DNA of 64,000 bases from Candidatus Krumholzibacteriota bacterium (GCA_963764625.1 CAVXTH010000006.1:544001-608000), one strand, 5' to 3'. Counted from the first letter of the stretch, positions 49,994 to 61,047 are shown. The notes: a model not told the origin generated them from the letters alone. Numbers and translations are program-made.

Positions 49994-51057
49994 GATTTGA
50001 AGAGATGGCCCACGCCCCGGCTCCCTGGCAGGTACAGGACGCTCCCGAGCGAGACATCGTGTTGAGCTGCCGCATACGCCTGGCGCGCAACCTGGAGGGG
50101 GAGTTTTTCCCCCATCTGTTGGGGGAAGACGCGCTACGCAGTCTGAGGACCCGCATCCTCGAGGCGGCCTCGAACTGTCCCTGCGCGCAGGAGCCGGCGT
50201 CCTGGGCCATGGAGGAACTCGAGGAACTCGAGCGGCGTTTCCTCCTCGAACGGCACCTCGTCTCCCAGGAGCTGGTGGCCACGCCACTGGGGCGGGCGGT
50301 GGTGGTGAGCGGGGACGAGTCGCGGGGCCTCATGGTGAACGAGGAGGACCATCTGCGGATCCAGGCCTTCGGCCCCGGACTGAATCCAAAGGAAACCTAT
50401 GATATTGCAGTACGTTTCGCGTCTGAGCTCGAGGAACACTTGACCTTTGCCCACAGCCCGCGCTTGGGCTACTTGAGTGCCTGCCCCACGAATTTGGGCA
50501 CCGGGCTGCGCGCGTCGGTCCTGCTGCACCTGCCCGGGCTCTCCCTCACGCAGGACCTGGAGAAGGTGTTGCATAGCCTGAAGGTGCTGAACTATACCGT
50601 ACGGGGATTCTACGGCGAGGGAAGCGGGGCTCTGGGAGCGCTCTTCCAGGTGTCCAATTCGGCCACTCTGGGGCTCTCAGGGGCTCAGATCGTGGACGAT
50701 CTGCTCCACCACCTCCGCAAGGTGATCTCCGTGGAGCGGGAGGCACGAGCCGTGCTTCTGCGGCGCGAGGGGAAGCGGATCGAGGACCGGGTCTGGCGCG
50801 CCTGGGGAATTCTCAACCACGCACGGCTCCTCAGCACGCGCGAGGCCTTCGATTTGCTTGGTGATGTACGGTTGGGGATGAACTTCCGTTTGCTCCCCGG
50901 GGTGGACGAAACGACCCTACGGTGTCTTCTTGTGACTATTCAGGGGGCGCACCAGGAGATCATGGCGCAGCGTAACTTGAAGGCTCCCCAGCGCGATGAG
51001 CGGCGAGCGAAATACGTTCGGCGCACGCTGGCAAAGGCTAGGAGAGACTCAGAATGA
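49990..51057 (+). CDS. mcsB: Protein-arginine kinase McsB
   Basis: [48 protein letters not shown]. Confidence 0.92.
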   Translation: MRFEEMAHAPAPWQVQDAPERDIVLSCRIRLARNLEGEFFPHLLGEDALRSLRTRILEAASNCPCAQEPASWAMEELEELERRFLLERHLVSQELVATPLGRAVVVSGDESRGLMVNEEDHLRIQAFGPGLNPKETYDIAVRFASELEEHLTFAHSPRLGYLSACPTNLGTGLRASVLLHLPGLSLTQDLEKVLHSLKVLNYTVRGFYGEGSGALGALFQVSNSATLGLSGAQIVDDLLHHLRKVISVEREARAVLLRREGKRIEDRVWRAWGILNHARLLSTREAFDLLGDVRLGMNFRLLPGVDETTLRCLLVTIQGAHQEIMAQRNLKAPQRDERRAKYVRRTLAKARRDSE

Positions 51058-53531
51058 ACGACCGCTTCACCGAGAGAGTCCGCAAAGTCCTCTTTCTCGC
51101 CAGAGACGAGGCCGGACGGATGCAGCACGACTACATCGGCACCGAGCACCTCCTCTTGGGAATCATCCGAGAAGGGGAGGGTATCGCGGCCCAGGCTCTC
51201 CAACGGCTCAACATCGGCTTCGATCAGATCCAACAGGCAGTCGAGGACATCGTGACGGCGCAGAGTGGTACGCTCACGATCGGCGAGATCCCCTTCACCC
51301 CGCGAGCCAAGCGGGTTCTCGAACTCTCCATCGACGAAGCGCGCATGCACAATCACAACTACGTGGGCACCGAGCACTTGCTGTTGGCTCTCATCCGGGA
51401 AGGCGAAGGCGTGGCGGCGCGCGTGTTGAACGAACTCGGAGCTGACCACGACAAGGTCAAGAAGGAAGTGATGAAGCTTCTGGGTGGAACGGCAAAGGGC
51501 GGGACGGCCGCTGCGGGTACGCAGAAAAAGGAAACGCCGGTCCTGGATCAATTCGGCCGCAACCTGAGCCAGCACGCCCGCGAGGGGAAGCTCGATCCCA
51601 CCATTGGCAGGGACAAGGAGATCGAGCGCGTCATTCAGATTCTCTCGCGCCGGAAGAAGAACAACCCGGTTCTGATCGGCGAACCCGGAGTGGGCAAGAC
51701 GGCGATCGCCGAAGGGCTGGCCCAGACCATCGTCGATGGACGAGCCCCCGAGCTCCTGAAAGACAAGGAGATCATCACGCTGGATCTGGCCAGCGTGGTT
51801 GCCGGCACCAAGTATCGCGGGCAATTCGAAGAACGGCTCAAGGCGATCATGAACGAGATTCACGAGAGCGACCACGTCATTCTCTTCATCGACGAGCTGC
51901 ACACCATCGTCGGTGCCGGTGGGGCGGAGGGCGCCATCGACGCTTCGAACATGTTCAAGCCATCCTTGGCTCGCGGTGAGATCCAGTGCATCGGCGCCAC
52001 CACTCTGGACGAATACCGAAAGTTCATCGAGAAGGACGGCGCTCTGGAGCGGCGATTCCAGTCGATCATGGTGAATCCTCCCAGCGAGGATGAGACCGTC
52101 GCGATCATTTTCGGATTACGGGACAAGTACGAGCAGCACCATCAGGTCCACTTCACCGACGAGGCGATCCGCACCGCGGTGTACCTGAGTGTGCGCTACA
52201 TCGCGAATCGGAGTCTGCCCGATAAGGCCATCGACGTGATCGACGAGGCCGGCAGCCGCGCCCGACTGGCCGCCTCCGCCGTGCCGGGTGATCTGCGCGA
52301 GCTGGAGAAGCGCATCGAGGAGCTCTCGGAAAAGAAGGAAGCCGCCATTCTGGGGCAGGAGTTCGAAAAGGCCGCCGGCTTCCGCGACGAGGAGAAGGAG
52401 CTCAGGATCCAGCTCGGCAAGCAGAGAAAGACCTGGTCGGAGCAGCGCAACGAGGTCAGGACCGAGGTGAGCGCGAAAGACATCAGCCGGGTCATCGCCG
52501 ACATGACGGGCATTCCGGTGACCGAGGTCGAGGAGGAGGAGACCGAGAAGCTGCTCCGCATGGAAGACAGCCTCAGGGAGACGATCATCGGCCAGGAGGA
52601 AGCGATCTCGGCAGTCAGCAAGGCGATCCGCCGCAACCGCGCCGGTCTGCGCGATCCGCGACGGCCGATCGGTTCCTTCGTCTTCTTGGGACCCACCGGG
52701 GTGGGAAAGACGGAAGTGGCCCGCCAGCTCACCAAGTTCCTCTTCGACGATTTGAAGAACATGATCCGGATCGACATGTCGGAGTACATGGAACGGTTCT
52801 CGATCTCCCGACTCGTGGGTGCCCCTCCGGGCTACGTGGGATATGACGAGGGGGGAATCCTCACCGAGAAGGTGCGGCGGCAGCCCTACTCCGTCGTCCT
52901 TCTGGACGAGATCGAGAAAGCTCACCCCGACGTATTCAACTTGCTCTTGCAAGTGCTCGAGGACGGTATCCTCACCGATTCCTTCGGCCGCAACGTCGAC
53001 TTTAAGAACACGGTTCTCATCATGACGAGCAACGTGGGAAGTCGGCGAGAGGCTCTGCGCAAGAGCGTGGGTTTCGGAGCTCCGGGCAAGGGCGGAGACG
53101 AGAAGGCCATGCGGGCCAACGTCACCGAGGATCTGAGGAAGACCTTCAGCCCCGAATTCCTGAATCGCATCGACGAGGCCATCATCTTCCACCCGCTGGA
53201 CCGCACTCACATGACCAGCATCCTGGAAATCCTGCTGCGCGAGATGGAGACCCGGATGGAGAGCCTGGACATCAGCCTGAACTACTCCCAGGAGGCCAAG
53301 GAGTTCTTGGTCTCCATCGGATTCGACCCCGAACTCGGCGCTCGGCCTCTGCGGCGCGCACTGCAGAGGTACGTCGAGGATCCCCTGAGCGAGCAACTTT
53401 TACGCGGCAACATTCGCAGCGGCAACAAGGTCGACGTCCGAGTGGTCGATGGAAATCTGCGCTTCGAAGTCGTGACGGACGACCCGAAAGGGAAACCCTC
53501 GGAGGCAGAGCCAGCCGGCAATGCCTCCTGA
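51054..53531 (+). CDS. clpC: ATP-dependent Clp protease ATPase ClpC
   Basis: Two Clp-N repeats (GTEHLLL), [12 protein letters not shown]-domain [18 protein letters not shown], ClpP-docking VGF loop. Confidence 0.96.
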   Translation: MNDRFTERVRKVLFLARDEAGRMQHDYIGTEHLLLGIIREGEGIAAQALQRLNIGFDQIQQAVEDIVTAQSGTLTIGEIPFTPRAKRVLELSIDEARMHNHNYVGTEHLLLALIREGEGVAARVLNELGADHDKVKKEVMKLLGGTAKGGTAAAGTQKKETPVLDQFGRNLSQHAREGKLDPTIGRDKEIERVIQILSRRKKNNPVLIGEPGVGKTAIAEGLAQTIVDGRAPELLKDKEIITLDLASVVAGTKYRGQFEERLKAIMNEIHESDHVILFIDELHTIVGAGGAEGAIDASNMFKPSLARGEIQCIGATTLDEYRKFIEKDGALERRFQSIMVNPPSEDETVAIIFGLRDKYEQHHQVHFTDEAIRTAVYLSVRYIANRSLPDKAIDVIDEAGSRARLAASAVPGDLRELEKRIEELSEKKEAAILGQEFEKAAGFRDEEKELRIQLGKQRKTWSEQRNEVRTEVSAKDISRVIADMTGIPVTEVEEEETEKLLRMEDSLRETIIGQEEAISAVSKAIRRNRAGLRDPRRPIGSFVFLGPTGVGKTEVARQLTKFLFDDLKNMIRIDMSEYMERFSISRLVGAPPGYVGYDEGGILTEKVRRQPYSVVLLDEIEKAHPDVFNLLLQVLEDGILTDSFGRNVDFKNTVLIMTSNVGSRREALRKSVGFGAPGKGGDEKAMRANVTEDLRKTFSPEFLNRIDEAIIFHPLDRTHMTSILEILLREMETRMESLDISLNYSQEAKEFLVSIGFDPELGARPLRRALQRYVEDPLSEQLLRGNIRSGNKVDVRVVDGNLRFEVVTDDPKGKPSEAEPAGNAS

Positions 53532-53544
53532 GCCGGGGCGAGAG

Positions 53545-53575
53545 AAGGGGCGGGTTCCAGAGGATCCGCCCCTTT
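53545..53575 (+). terminator. Hairpin terminator after clpC
   Basis: AAGGGGCGGGTTC-CAGA-GGATCCGCCCCTT(T). Confidence 0.65.
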
Positions 53576-53588
53576 GGGTTCCCGTAGG

Positions 53589-53617
53589 TTGACCGCGGAG
53601 AGCCCTGCGTTTACCTT
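53589..53617 (+). promoter_or_regulatory. Putative sigma70 promoter for bamA
   Basis: TTGACC-N17-TACCTT. Confidence 0.5.
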
Positions 53618-53644
53618 CCCCTCTCGTTTGAGGGCGGCCGAGGT

Positions 53645-53672
53645 GGGAACCCTTCCTTCCGCCTGACGTACA
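53645..53672 (+). promoter_or_regulatory. Putative ECF sigma promoter for bamA
   Basis: GGGAACCC...; GGAAC(53646-50)-N17-GTACA(53668-72), same architecture as 24832-24858. Confidence 0.55.
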
Positions 53673-53726
53673 CCATTCTAGGCGAACCGCGCGTTTAGTC
53701 TTGAACCCTACTTCTCCAAGAAGCGT

Positions 53727-56039
53727 ATGATCGAAACCCCGGTTTTGCGTGCTCGGGCCTGGGTCCTTCCCTTGGCAGTTGCGGCAATCATGGCGTTGTC
53801 GGCCTCTCCGGCCGTGGCGACCAAGCTCGTGCGCGTCCGAGTGGTGGGAATTTCCACCGTCACCGCGGATCAGGTCATCGCCTGGAGCGGACTCGAGGTG
53901 GGCAAGGATATCTCCAAGGAGGGTGTCTCCGCCGCGGTGAGGAAGCTGGCGGCGCTGGGGAAGTTCAGCGAGGTCTTCGCCTACAAGACGGACGTCAAGA
54001 CCGGGATGGAACTCATCCTGAATCTGTCCGAGTACCCCCGCCTGGCCGGAATCGAATTTGCGGGAGCCAAGGAGCTCAAGCCCAAGGACCTCAAGGAGGA
54101 GGTCGAGCTGCGGGTGGGAGACTTCCTCACCCCCGGGGCGGTGACTCGCGCGAAACTGAAGATCAAAGAGAAGTATCAGTCCGAAGGCTATTACAGCGCC
54201 ACCGTCAACACCGATTCGACGGCCTACTCCGCCGGAGGTCGCCAGACCCTCGTGTTCAAGATCATCGAGGGCCAGAAGGTGAAGGTCCACTCGATCAACA
54301 TCGAGGGCAACCTCCAGGTCAACTCCGATGACTTGCGCAAGGGTTGGAAGACGAAAACGGACAACTGGATTCGTGGCGGGACCTTCAAGCGTCCCGAGTA
54401 CGAGGAAGATCTACAGAAGCTGGTAGACAACTACCGCGACAAGGGCTTCCTCGACGCCCAGGTCCTGAATGAGCGCAAAGAATTCCTCGAGGACGGAAAG
54501 AAACTCGACATCTACATCAATGTGAGCGAGGGCCCCCGTTACGATGTGGGGAATCTCACCTGGGAGGGGAACACCGTCTTTCCCGACGACCGCATCGCCC
54601 AGGAGTTGAAGCTACACAAGGGCGCCGTCTTCAGTGAGTCCGTATTTCAAGAAACGGTGCAGGATCTCAACAGTCTCTACTGGGAAGCCGGGTACATCTA
54701 CATCACGGTGGAGCCGACACGCGATATCGAGGGTCACACGGTCAACGTACACCTCAAATTCCGCGAGGGCCGGCCAGCGAGCGTTCACGACATCATCATC
54801 ACGGGAAATACCAAGACGCACGAGATGGTGGTCCGCCGCGAACTGAGGATTCGCCCCGGCGATCTCTTCGTGAGCAGTCGGCTCCAGGACAGCCAGCGGC
54901 GCGTGTTTCAGTTGGGCTTCTTCGAGGACGTGCAGGTCGATTTCAAGCCGGCGACTCCCGAGGGGGACATCGATCTCATCCTCAACGTGAAGGAAAAGCA
55001 GACCGGACAGTTCAGCATGGGCATGGGCTTCTCGCAGCAGAGCCGCGCCACCGGCTTCCTGCAGGTCGGGGAAACCAACCTGATGGGGCGTGGGAACGCC
55101 CTGCAGTTCTCCTGGCAGTTCGGATCGCGGGCAAGCTATCTCAATCTGAGCTATACCATGCCCTGGTTCCGGGGCACTCCGACTCTCCTGGGGATCGATG
55201 CCTACAATCGCTTCAGCAACCAGGTGAACGACTACTACGATACCCGGGTGAAAGGCGGCGCCATCCGCCTGGGTAGGCCGATTCCCGGCACGCGCTTCAG
55301 CCGAGCCAGCCTTCGCTACAGCTATTCCTGGACCACTCTGAGCAACTTCGATCCCGCCTACGTGAGGACCCTGGATCAACTGGAGAGGCAGCAGGGGCAG
55401 ACGGACCTCCAGCGCCTGGACAAGACCGATTGGCCCGAGAGGCGGAGCACGGTGACCCTCTCGCTCTCGCGGAACAGCACCGACAGCCCGTTCTTTCCCA
55501 CCAACGGGAGCAGCGCGGTCTTCCGTTACGAGCTGAACGGCGGTCCTCTGGGGGGCGATCTGGATTTCCACCGTATCGAGGCCAATTACGACTTCTACCA
55601 GGCGCTGCCCTGGAAATTCGTGTTCCACGTGGGTAACGTCGCCGGATGGCTGAGGGCGTTCGGGAAAACCTCCCAGGTTCCCGACTACGAGAAGTTTCGA
55701 CTGGGAGGCAACCGCCTCTACGCGCTCCGTGGATACCGGGATCTGGAGGTCGTGCCGCGCGGCAATCTCAGTTTCGTCGGTGGGGAATTCTTCACCACTC
55801 TCACCACCGAGGTGCTCTACCCGGTCACGAAGGCGGTCCAGCTGGTGGGCTTCGTAGATCAGGGGGACACCTGGAATTCCTTCTCGGAGGCCGATCTCAC
55901 CAATTTGCGCAAAGGCGCCGGATTCGGAGTGCGCCTGGAGGTTCCGCTGGTGGGGAGGGTCGGTCTTGATTACGGTTACGGCTTCAACAAGGCGAATCCA
56001 TCGTGGGAAACGCACTTCAACTTCGGAGCTTTCTTTTAG
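53727..56039 (+). CDS. bamA: Outer membrane protein assembly factor BamA
   Basis: Signal peptide, about five POTRA repeats (ITGNTKT...RREL), barrel (ETNLMGRG, LRGY loop, DYGYG, C-terminal FNFGAFF). Confidence 0.95.
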   Translation: MIETPVLRARAWVLPLAVAAIMALSASPAVATKLVRVRVVGISTVTADQVIAWSGLEVGKDISKEGVSAAVRKLAALGKFSEVFAYKTDVKTGMELILNLSEYPRLAGIEFAGAKELKPKDLKEEVELRVGDFLTPGAVTRAKLKIKEKYQSEGYYSATVNTDSTAYSAGGRQTLVFKIIEGQKVKVHSINIEGNLQVNSDDLRKGWKTKTDNWIRGGTFKRPEYEEDLQKLVDNYRDKGFLDAQVLNERKEFLEDGKKLDIYINVSEGPRYDVGNLTWEGNTVFPDDRIAQELKLHKGAVFSESVFQETVQDLNSLYWEAGYIYITVEPTRDIEGHTVNVHLKFREGRPASVHDIIITGNTKTHEMVVRRELRIRPGDLFVSSRLQDSQRRVFQLGFFEDVQVDFKPATPEGDIDLILNVKEKQTGQFSMGMGFSQQSRATGFLQVGETNLMGRGNALQFSWQFGSRASYLNLSYTMPWFRGTPTLLGIDAYNRFSNQVNDYYDTRVKGGAIRLGRPIPGTRFSRASLRYSYSWTTLSNFDPAYVRTLDQLERQQGQTDLQRLDKTDWPERRSTVTLSLSRNSTDSPFFPTNGSSAVFRYELNGGPLGGDLDFHRIEANYDFYQALPWKFVFHVGNVAGWLRAFGKTSQVPDYEKFRLGGNRLYALRGYRDLEVVPRGNLSFVGGEFFTTLTTEVLYPVTKAVQLVGFVDQGDTWNSFSEADLTNLRKGAGFGVRLEVPLVGRVGLDYGYGFNKANPSWETHFNFGAFF

Positions 56040-56065
56040 CTTCTGCAGACGAGGAGAGTCGAGGC

Positions 56066-56617
56066 ATGAGACTCACGTATCGAATCAGCACTTTCTTGCT
56101 GCTCACGGCCCTTTCGGTTCTCGCGTTCTCGGGTCCCGCTCGAGCCGCTGAGAAGAACCTGAAGATCGGCACCATCGACAGTCAGCGAATCTTCAGGGAA
56201 TACCAAGAGGCCAAGGACGCGGAGGCGGTGTTTCAGGACGAAATGAAACAGTGGCAGTCCGACCTCGAGGGCATGGAACGCGAGATCCTCTCTCTCCGCG
56301 AGAAGATCCGCTCGCAGCAGTTGCTCCTGTCCCAGGACAAACTGGATGAGCTTCAGAGCCAGCTGGAGCAGAAGAGCCAGGCCTATGATCAGAAGCGGAG
56401 CGAGATTCTCGATCCCACCAACGGTCTGGCGGTGAAGCGAAACCAGGAGCTCAGCCAGCCCATCAACGACCAGATCACCACGGTGGTGGAGCGCCTGGGC
56501 GCCGAGGGCGGCTACGATCTCATTCTGGATACGTCGACCGTCAATATCGTCTATCAAAACAAGGACTTGGATCTAACGGACAAGGTATTACAGGAACTGG
56601 AACAGTCGGGAAAGTAG
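56066..56617 (+). CDS. skp: Periplasmic chaperone Skp/OmpH
   Basis: Signal peptide; KIGTIDSQRI, coiled coil, GYDLILD, DLTDKVL. Confidence 0.9.
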   Translation: MRLTYRISTFLLLTALSVLAFSGPARAAEKNLKIGTIDSQRIFREYQEAKDAEAVFQDEMKQWQSDLEGMEREILSLREKIRSQQLLLSQDKLDELQSQLEQKSQAYDQKRSEILDPTNGLAVKRNQELSQPINDQITTVVERLGAEGGYDLILDTSTVNIVYQNKDLDLTDKVLQELEQSGK

Positions 56618-56634
56618 CCCCCGGGCATTGGGAT

Positions 56635-56663
56635 TTGACAATGTGGAGGCGAGCTGCCAGCAT
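56635..56663 (+). promoter_or_regulatory. Putative sigma70 promoter for the lpxD operon
   Basis: TTGACA-N17-CAGCAT with an extended TG. Confidence 0.45.
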
Positions 56664-56750
56664 GAATCGGCGTCATACGCGAAAAGGGGCCGCCGCGGCC
56701 CCTTCGACGTATGGTAGGGAGACGCCCATCCCCGTGAGGAGGCCGTAGAG

Positions 56751-57806
56751 TTGGATTCGATCGGGCTACGAGAGTTGGCGGAGCGCATCGGCGGACGTCT
56801 GGAAGGCGGCGGTAACCCGCTCATCCGGGGGGTTGCCGGAATCCGCGAGGCGCAGGCGGGGGAAATCACCTTTCTCGCGCACGCTCGCTATCTCAACTAT
56901 CTGGAAGACACGCGAGCTTCGGCCCTGATTTGCAAACCCGACCTCAAGAGTACGCTGCCGACCATCCGCATGGACGATCCTCACCTGGGCTTTCTGAGAG
57001 CGATCGAGTTGTTCTGCGAGCCCAAACAGGACTACTTCGCCGAGGGTGTCGATCCCAGCGCACAGGTGCATCCGAGCGCGCGTTTGGGCGAGGGGGTGCG
57101 GGTCGGCCCCGGTGCGATCATCGGAGAGAATTGCGAGATCGGCGAGCACTCCATCGTCGGCCCCGGCGCAGTCGTGATGCCCAAAGTGAAGATCGGCGAG
57201 CGTTGCCTCCTCTACCCTAACGTGGTAGTCCGCGAAGAGTGTCAAATCGGAGACCGGGTCATTCTTCACGCGGGCGCGATCATCGGAAGCGACGGCTTCG
57301 GCTTTGCCAAGCAGGCCGGCGCCTATCACAAGGTTCCCCAAATCGGCCGCGTCATCATCGAAGACGACGTCGAGATCGGAGCCAATAGCTGCGTCGATCG
57401 CGCGACCGTGGGACGCACCGTCATCGGCACCGGCACCAAGATCGACAATCTGGTGCAGATCGCGCACAACGTGACGATCGGCCAGCACACCGTGATCTCC
57501 GCCCAGACGGGAATCTCGGGATCCACGAACGTCGGCGACGACGTCATGATGGCGGGACAGGTGGGAGTGGTGGGGCATATCAGCATCGGGAACGACGCGA
57601 GGATCGGAGCCCAGAGCGGGATCTCCAAGGACATCCCCGCGGGAGAGCAGTGGTTTGGCTATCCCGCGCGCAATTCCCGCGAAGCCCGAAGACTCCTGGT
57701 TCACTACAATCGCCTGGAGCGTTACGCGGAAGAGATCAGCGATTTGAGGCGGCGTATCCAAGAGCTGGAGAAGTCTAAGAGTGCTGCGTCAACAACGAAC
57801 TCTTAA
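56751..57806 (+). CDS. lpxD: UDP-3-O-acylglucosamine N-acyltransferase
   Basis: Hexapeptide repeats, IGSDGFGF, PQIG, KIDNLVQIAHN, GYPA. Confidence 0.96.
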   Translation: MDSIGLRELAERIGGRLEGGGNPLIRGVAGIREAQAGEITFLAHARYLNYLEDTRASALICKPDLKSTLPTIRMDDPHLGFLRAIELFCEPKQDYFAEGVDPSAQVHPSARLGEGVRVGPGAIIGENCEIGEHSIVGPGAVVMPKVKIGERCLLYPNVVVREECQIGDRVILHAGAIIGSDGFGFAKQAGAYHKVPQIGRVIIEDDVEIGANSCVDRATVGRTVIGTGTKIDNLVQIAHNVTIGQHTVISAQTGISGSTNVGDDVMMAGQVGVVGHISIGNDARIGAQSGISKDIPAGEQWFGYPARNSREARRLLVHYNRLERYAEEISDLRRRIQELEKSKSAASTTNS

Positions 57807-59094
57807 AGCTCCCGTAGAATTCAAGGGAATCGGGCTCCATACCGGAGAGCGAGCCAGCGTCCGATTCCTTCCCGCCGAGCCCAACCAAGGCCTGCAATTC
57901 AAAGTGCGGAGGGGCGAGGAGTGGGTGGTGATCCCCGCCAGCGTCGATTCCATTCCCGACGATCAGCCTTTCCAGCGCAACACCACCCTCCGCAGTGGGG
58001 GAGTGGAGATCCACACCGTCGAACACGTTCTGGCCTCGCTCTACGGCCTTCGCATCGATAACGCGTGGATCGAACTGGACGCCACCGAGCCGCCCGAACC
58101 CGAGGAGGGATCCTGCCGCGCGTTCGTGGACAAGCTTCTCGCCGCCGGCATCGTGGATCAGGGCGTGCCAGTGGTCTATTACGAAGTCAAGCGCCCGGTG
58201 CAATGGAGTCAGGGTCAGATCGGAATCACCGCCATTCCCTACGATGGCTTCCGTCTCAGTTTCACCATTCAGTACGACAATCAGGTCATCGGTACCCAGT
58301 ACGGGAGCTATGCCATCACTCCCGACTCCTTCGCCAAGGAGATCGCGCCCAGTCGCACCTTTGCGCTCAAGCGGGAGATCGACCACCTGCAGGCCATGGG
58401 ACTCATCAAGGGGGGCACCTACCGGAACGCCCTGGTGGTCGACGAAGACCGGGTGCTGAACGAGGAAGGCCTCCGATTTCCCGACGAATTCGTCCGGCAC
58501 AAGATCCTGGATCTGCTGGGAGACCTGGCTCTTTTGGGGATGCCCATCAAGGGTCACGTGATCAGCCTCAAGAGCGGCCACGAGACGAATGTCAGATTCG
58601 TAAGGCGTCTGGCGGCGATGGAAAAGCGCCGGATGGGCATCTATCCGGCCAAGAAGCCGACCTACTGGGACATCAGTGCCCTCATGGAGTTCTTGCCCCA
58701 TCGCTATCCATTCTTGCTCATCGATCGCGTGCTGGAAGTGGAGCCGGGCAAACGCGCCAGGGGCCTGAAGAACGTTACCATCAACGAGCCGTTCTTCCGC
58801 GGTCATTTTCCCGGACACCCCATCATGCCCGGCGTGTTGATCGTGGAGTCGATGGCGCAGTTGGGAGGTGTCCTGCTGCTCAGCATGATCGAGCAGCCAG
58901 AGACCAAACTCGTGTATTTCTCCTCGATCGACAAAGCTCGATTCCGCAAGCCAGTCTTGCCCGGCGATCAGCTGGTCATCGATCTCAAGCTCGTTCGCTT
59001 CCGACGCAATACCTGTAAGATGGAGGCATTTGCTACCGTGGATGGCGAACGGGTGGCTGAGGCGGAGATGTTGGCGGCGATCGTGAACCGCTAG
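57781..59094 (+). CDS. lpxC-fabZ: Bifunctional LpxC/FabZ fusion
   Basis: LpxC: QRTL, GIGLHTG, TVEH, SRTF, RHKILD..GDL, SGH. FabZ: LPHRYPFLLIDR, GHFPGHPIMPGVL..ESMAQ. Confidence 0.96.
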   Translation: MLRQQRTLKAPVEFKGIGLHTGERASVRFLPAEPNQGLQFKVRRGEEWVVIPASVDSIPDDQPFQRNTTLRSGGVEIHTVEHVLASLYGLRIDNAWIELDATEPPEPEEGSCRAFVDKLLAAGIVDQGVPVVYYEVKRPVQWSQGQIGITAIPYDGFRLSFTIQYDNQVIGTQYGSYAITPDSFAKEIAPSRTFALKREIDHLQAMGLIKGGTYRNALVVDEDRVLNEEGLRFPDEFVRHKILDLLGDLALLGMPIKGHVISLKSGHETNVRFVRRLAAMEKRRMGIYPAKKPTYWDISALMEFLPHRYPFLLIDRVLEVEPGKRARGLKNVTINEPFFRGHFPGHPIMPGVLIVESMAQLGGVLLLSMIEQPETKLVYFSSIDKARFRKPVLPGDQLVIDLKLVRFRRNTCKMEAFATVDGERVAEAEMLAAIVNR

Positions 59095-59104
59095 AGGATC
59101 AGTC

Positions 59105-59902
59105 ATGCGCACCGACAAGATGAGCGAATCCGGAGCCCTTCTCCATCCCACGGCGATCATCGATCGCAGAGCGGAACTCGCATCCGACGTACGGGTCGGG
59201 CCGTACACGATCATCGGCCCCCATGTTCGGATCGACGAAGGCACAGAAATCAAGGGACACGTCGTTCTCGAGGGCAACCTCCACGTCGGGAAGCGCAATC
59301 GAATCTTCACCGGGGCCGTACTCGGGACACCTCCCCAAGATCTGAAATACCGCGGCGAGGTCTGTTCCGCGATCATCGGTAACGACACGACCATTCGCGA
59401 ATACGTCAGTTTGAACGTGGCCACGACCCCCGACGGAATGACCAGGGTCGGTGACCACTGCCTCCTCATGACCTACGCCCACATCGCGCACAATTGCACC
59501 ATTGGAAACCACGTCATCATTGCCAACGCGACACAGCTCGGGGGCCACGTGCACATCGCCGACTGGGCCATCGTGGGGGGAGTCGTCGGGGTGCATCAGT
59601 TCTCGGTCGTGGGAGCCCATGCCTTCGTGGGGGGGGCGAGTCGCCTGGTGGTGGACGTCCCGCCTTTCGTTCGGGCGGCCGGGAGCCCCGTTAGGGCCGG
59701 CGGAATCAACTCGATGGGTCTTCGCCGGCGCGACTTCAGTGAAGAGCGTATTGCCGTGATCAAGGAACTCTACCGTACCCTGTACCGTCGTGGTCTTCCG
59801 ATCGAAGAAGCGAAGAAGAGAATTCGAGAGTGCGGAGACGAGTTCGTCGCCCAGGCATTCGAAGATTTCTTCTCCCGCAGTCACCGCGGTATCTGCCGCT
59901 GA
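59105..59902 (+). CDS. lpxA: Acyl-ACP:UDP-GlcNAc O-acyltransferase
   Basis: HPTAII, PQDLKY, IRE, HIAHNC, GGHV, HQF, DVPPF, G.N..GLRRR. Confidence 0.95.
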   Translation: MRTDKMSESGALLHPTAIIDRRAELASDVRVGPYTIIGPHVRIDEGTEIKGHVVLEGNLHVGKRNRIFTGAVLGTPPQDLKYRGEVCSAIIGNDTTIREYVSLNVATTPDGMTRVGDHCLLMTYAHIAHNCTIGNHVIIANATQLGGHVHIADWAIVGGVVGVHQFSVVGAHAFVGGASRLVVDVPPFVRAAGSPVRAGGINSMGLRRRDFSEERIAVIKELYRTLYRRGLPIEEAKKRIRECGDEFVAQAFEDFFSRSHRGICR

Positions 59903-59913
59903 GTGATCCCACC

Positions 59914-61047
59914 ATGCGCGCAGGCGTAGGCACCTTACTCATTTCGTGCGGCGAACCCAGCGGTGAAAACTACGCCGTCGAACTCTCGCGCCAACTCGAG
60001 GCGGAGCGCCCCAATCTTCGCCTCGTCGGAATTGGCGGTCCGCGTCTCGCCCACGAAATCGAGGAAATCTGGGCGGGGCTCGAGGAACTCTCCGTCATGG
60101 GTTTCGCGGAAGTCCTGCGGCATCTCCCTCGCCTGCGGCGGCTCAGGGAACGCATCGCCGAGCGCGCGGCGCGCGAGAAGGTCGATCTGTTGGTCGCCGT
60201 CGATTACCCCGGATTTCATCTGAGTCTGGCCGGCGCGATGAAGAAGCGCGGCATCAAGACGCTGCACTACATTCCCCCCAAGACCTGGTCGTGGGGCGCC
60301 TGGCGGAATCGCGCGCTCCGCGCGAGCGTCCATCGCTGTGCCGTCATCTTCCCCTTCGAGGAGAAGTACTACCGCCAGCGGGGTATCGACGCGACTTTCG
60401 TCGGTCACCCTCTGCTCGACCAACACGCCGCCGCCTTGGCCGCCGAGTCTTCGGCCCGAGAGGGTCTGCTCTTGATCCCGGGCAGTCGGCCGCAGGAGAT
60501 CCGCCGGATCGGGCCCAGCCTGGCGCAGGTCGCGCGGCAGCTCCAAGATGAGGGATTGGTGGGATCGGTGCGCGTCAGCCGGGCATCCGCTCTGGATCGC
60601 GAGCTTTTTGGCGGGATGCTCGAGATCTGCCCTCACATGGAGATCGTGGAAGGGCCCCTGATGGATCATCTCAAATCCGCGGCGGCGGCGATCGTGTGCA
60701 GCGGCACCGCGAGCGTGGAGACGGCGCTCTCGCGGACCCCGCACGCCATCGTCTATCGCACCTCGCGTCTCACCTATGCGGTGGCGCGGCAGCTGGCCAC
60801 GGTTCAGGCCATCGGAATGTCGAACATCGTCCTGGGCCGCACCGCGTTTCCCGAATTCGTCCAGTCCGAGCTGCGTCCTCGGATCTTGGCCGAGACCATG
60901 CGTGAGCTCCTCGATGCGAATTCGCCGGCACGAGCGCGGCAGGAAAGCGCATTCAGCGAGCTCATCCAATGCCTGGGCAAGGGTGAAGGCGCGGCCATGA
61001 ATGTGGCGCGGATGGCCCTGGAGATCCTCGACGAGACGCACTCGTGA
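59914..61047 (+). CDS. lpxB: Lipid A disaccharide synthase
   Basis: GEPSG, GIGGP, VMGFAEV, DYPGF, IFPFE, FVGHPL, PGSR..EI, SGTA. Start approximate. Confidence 0.93.
   Translation: MRAGVGTLLISCGEPSGENYAVELSRQLEAERPNLRLVGIGGPRLAHEIEEIWAGLEELSVMGFAEVLRHLPRLRRLRERIAERAAREKVDLLVAVDYPGFHLSLAGAMKKRGIKTLHYIPPKTWSWGAWRNRALRASVHRCAVIFPFEEKYYRQRGIDATFVGHPLLDQHAAALAAESSAREGLLLIPGSRPQEIRRIGPSLAQVARQLQDEGLVGSVRVSRASALDRELFGGMLEICPHMEIVEGPLMDHLKSAAAAIVCSGTASVETALSRTPHAIVYRTSRLTYAVARQLATVQAIGMSNIVLGRTAFPEFVQSELRPRILAETMRELLDANSPARARQESAFSELIQCLGKGEGAAMNVARMALEILDETHS

Noticed and set aside
31033-56704. REP-like repeat family from hairpins sharing AAGGGGC arms (31034, 53545, 56684)
   Set aside because: Only about 7-9 nt are shared and the loops differ, consistent with generic GC-rich terminator stems.
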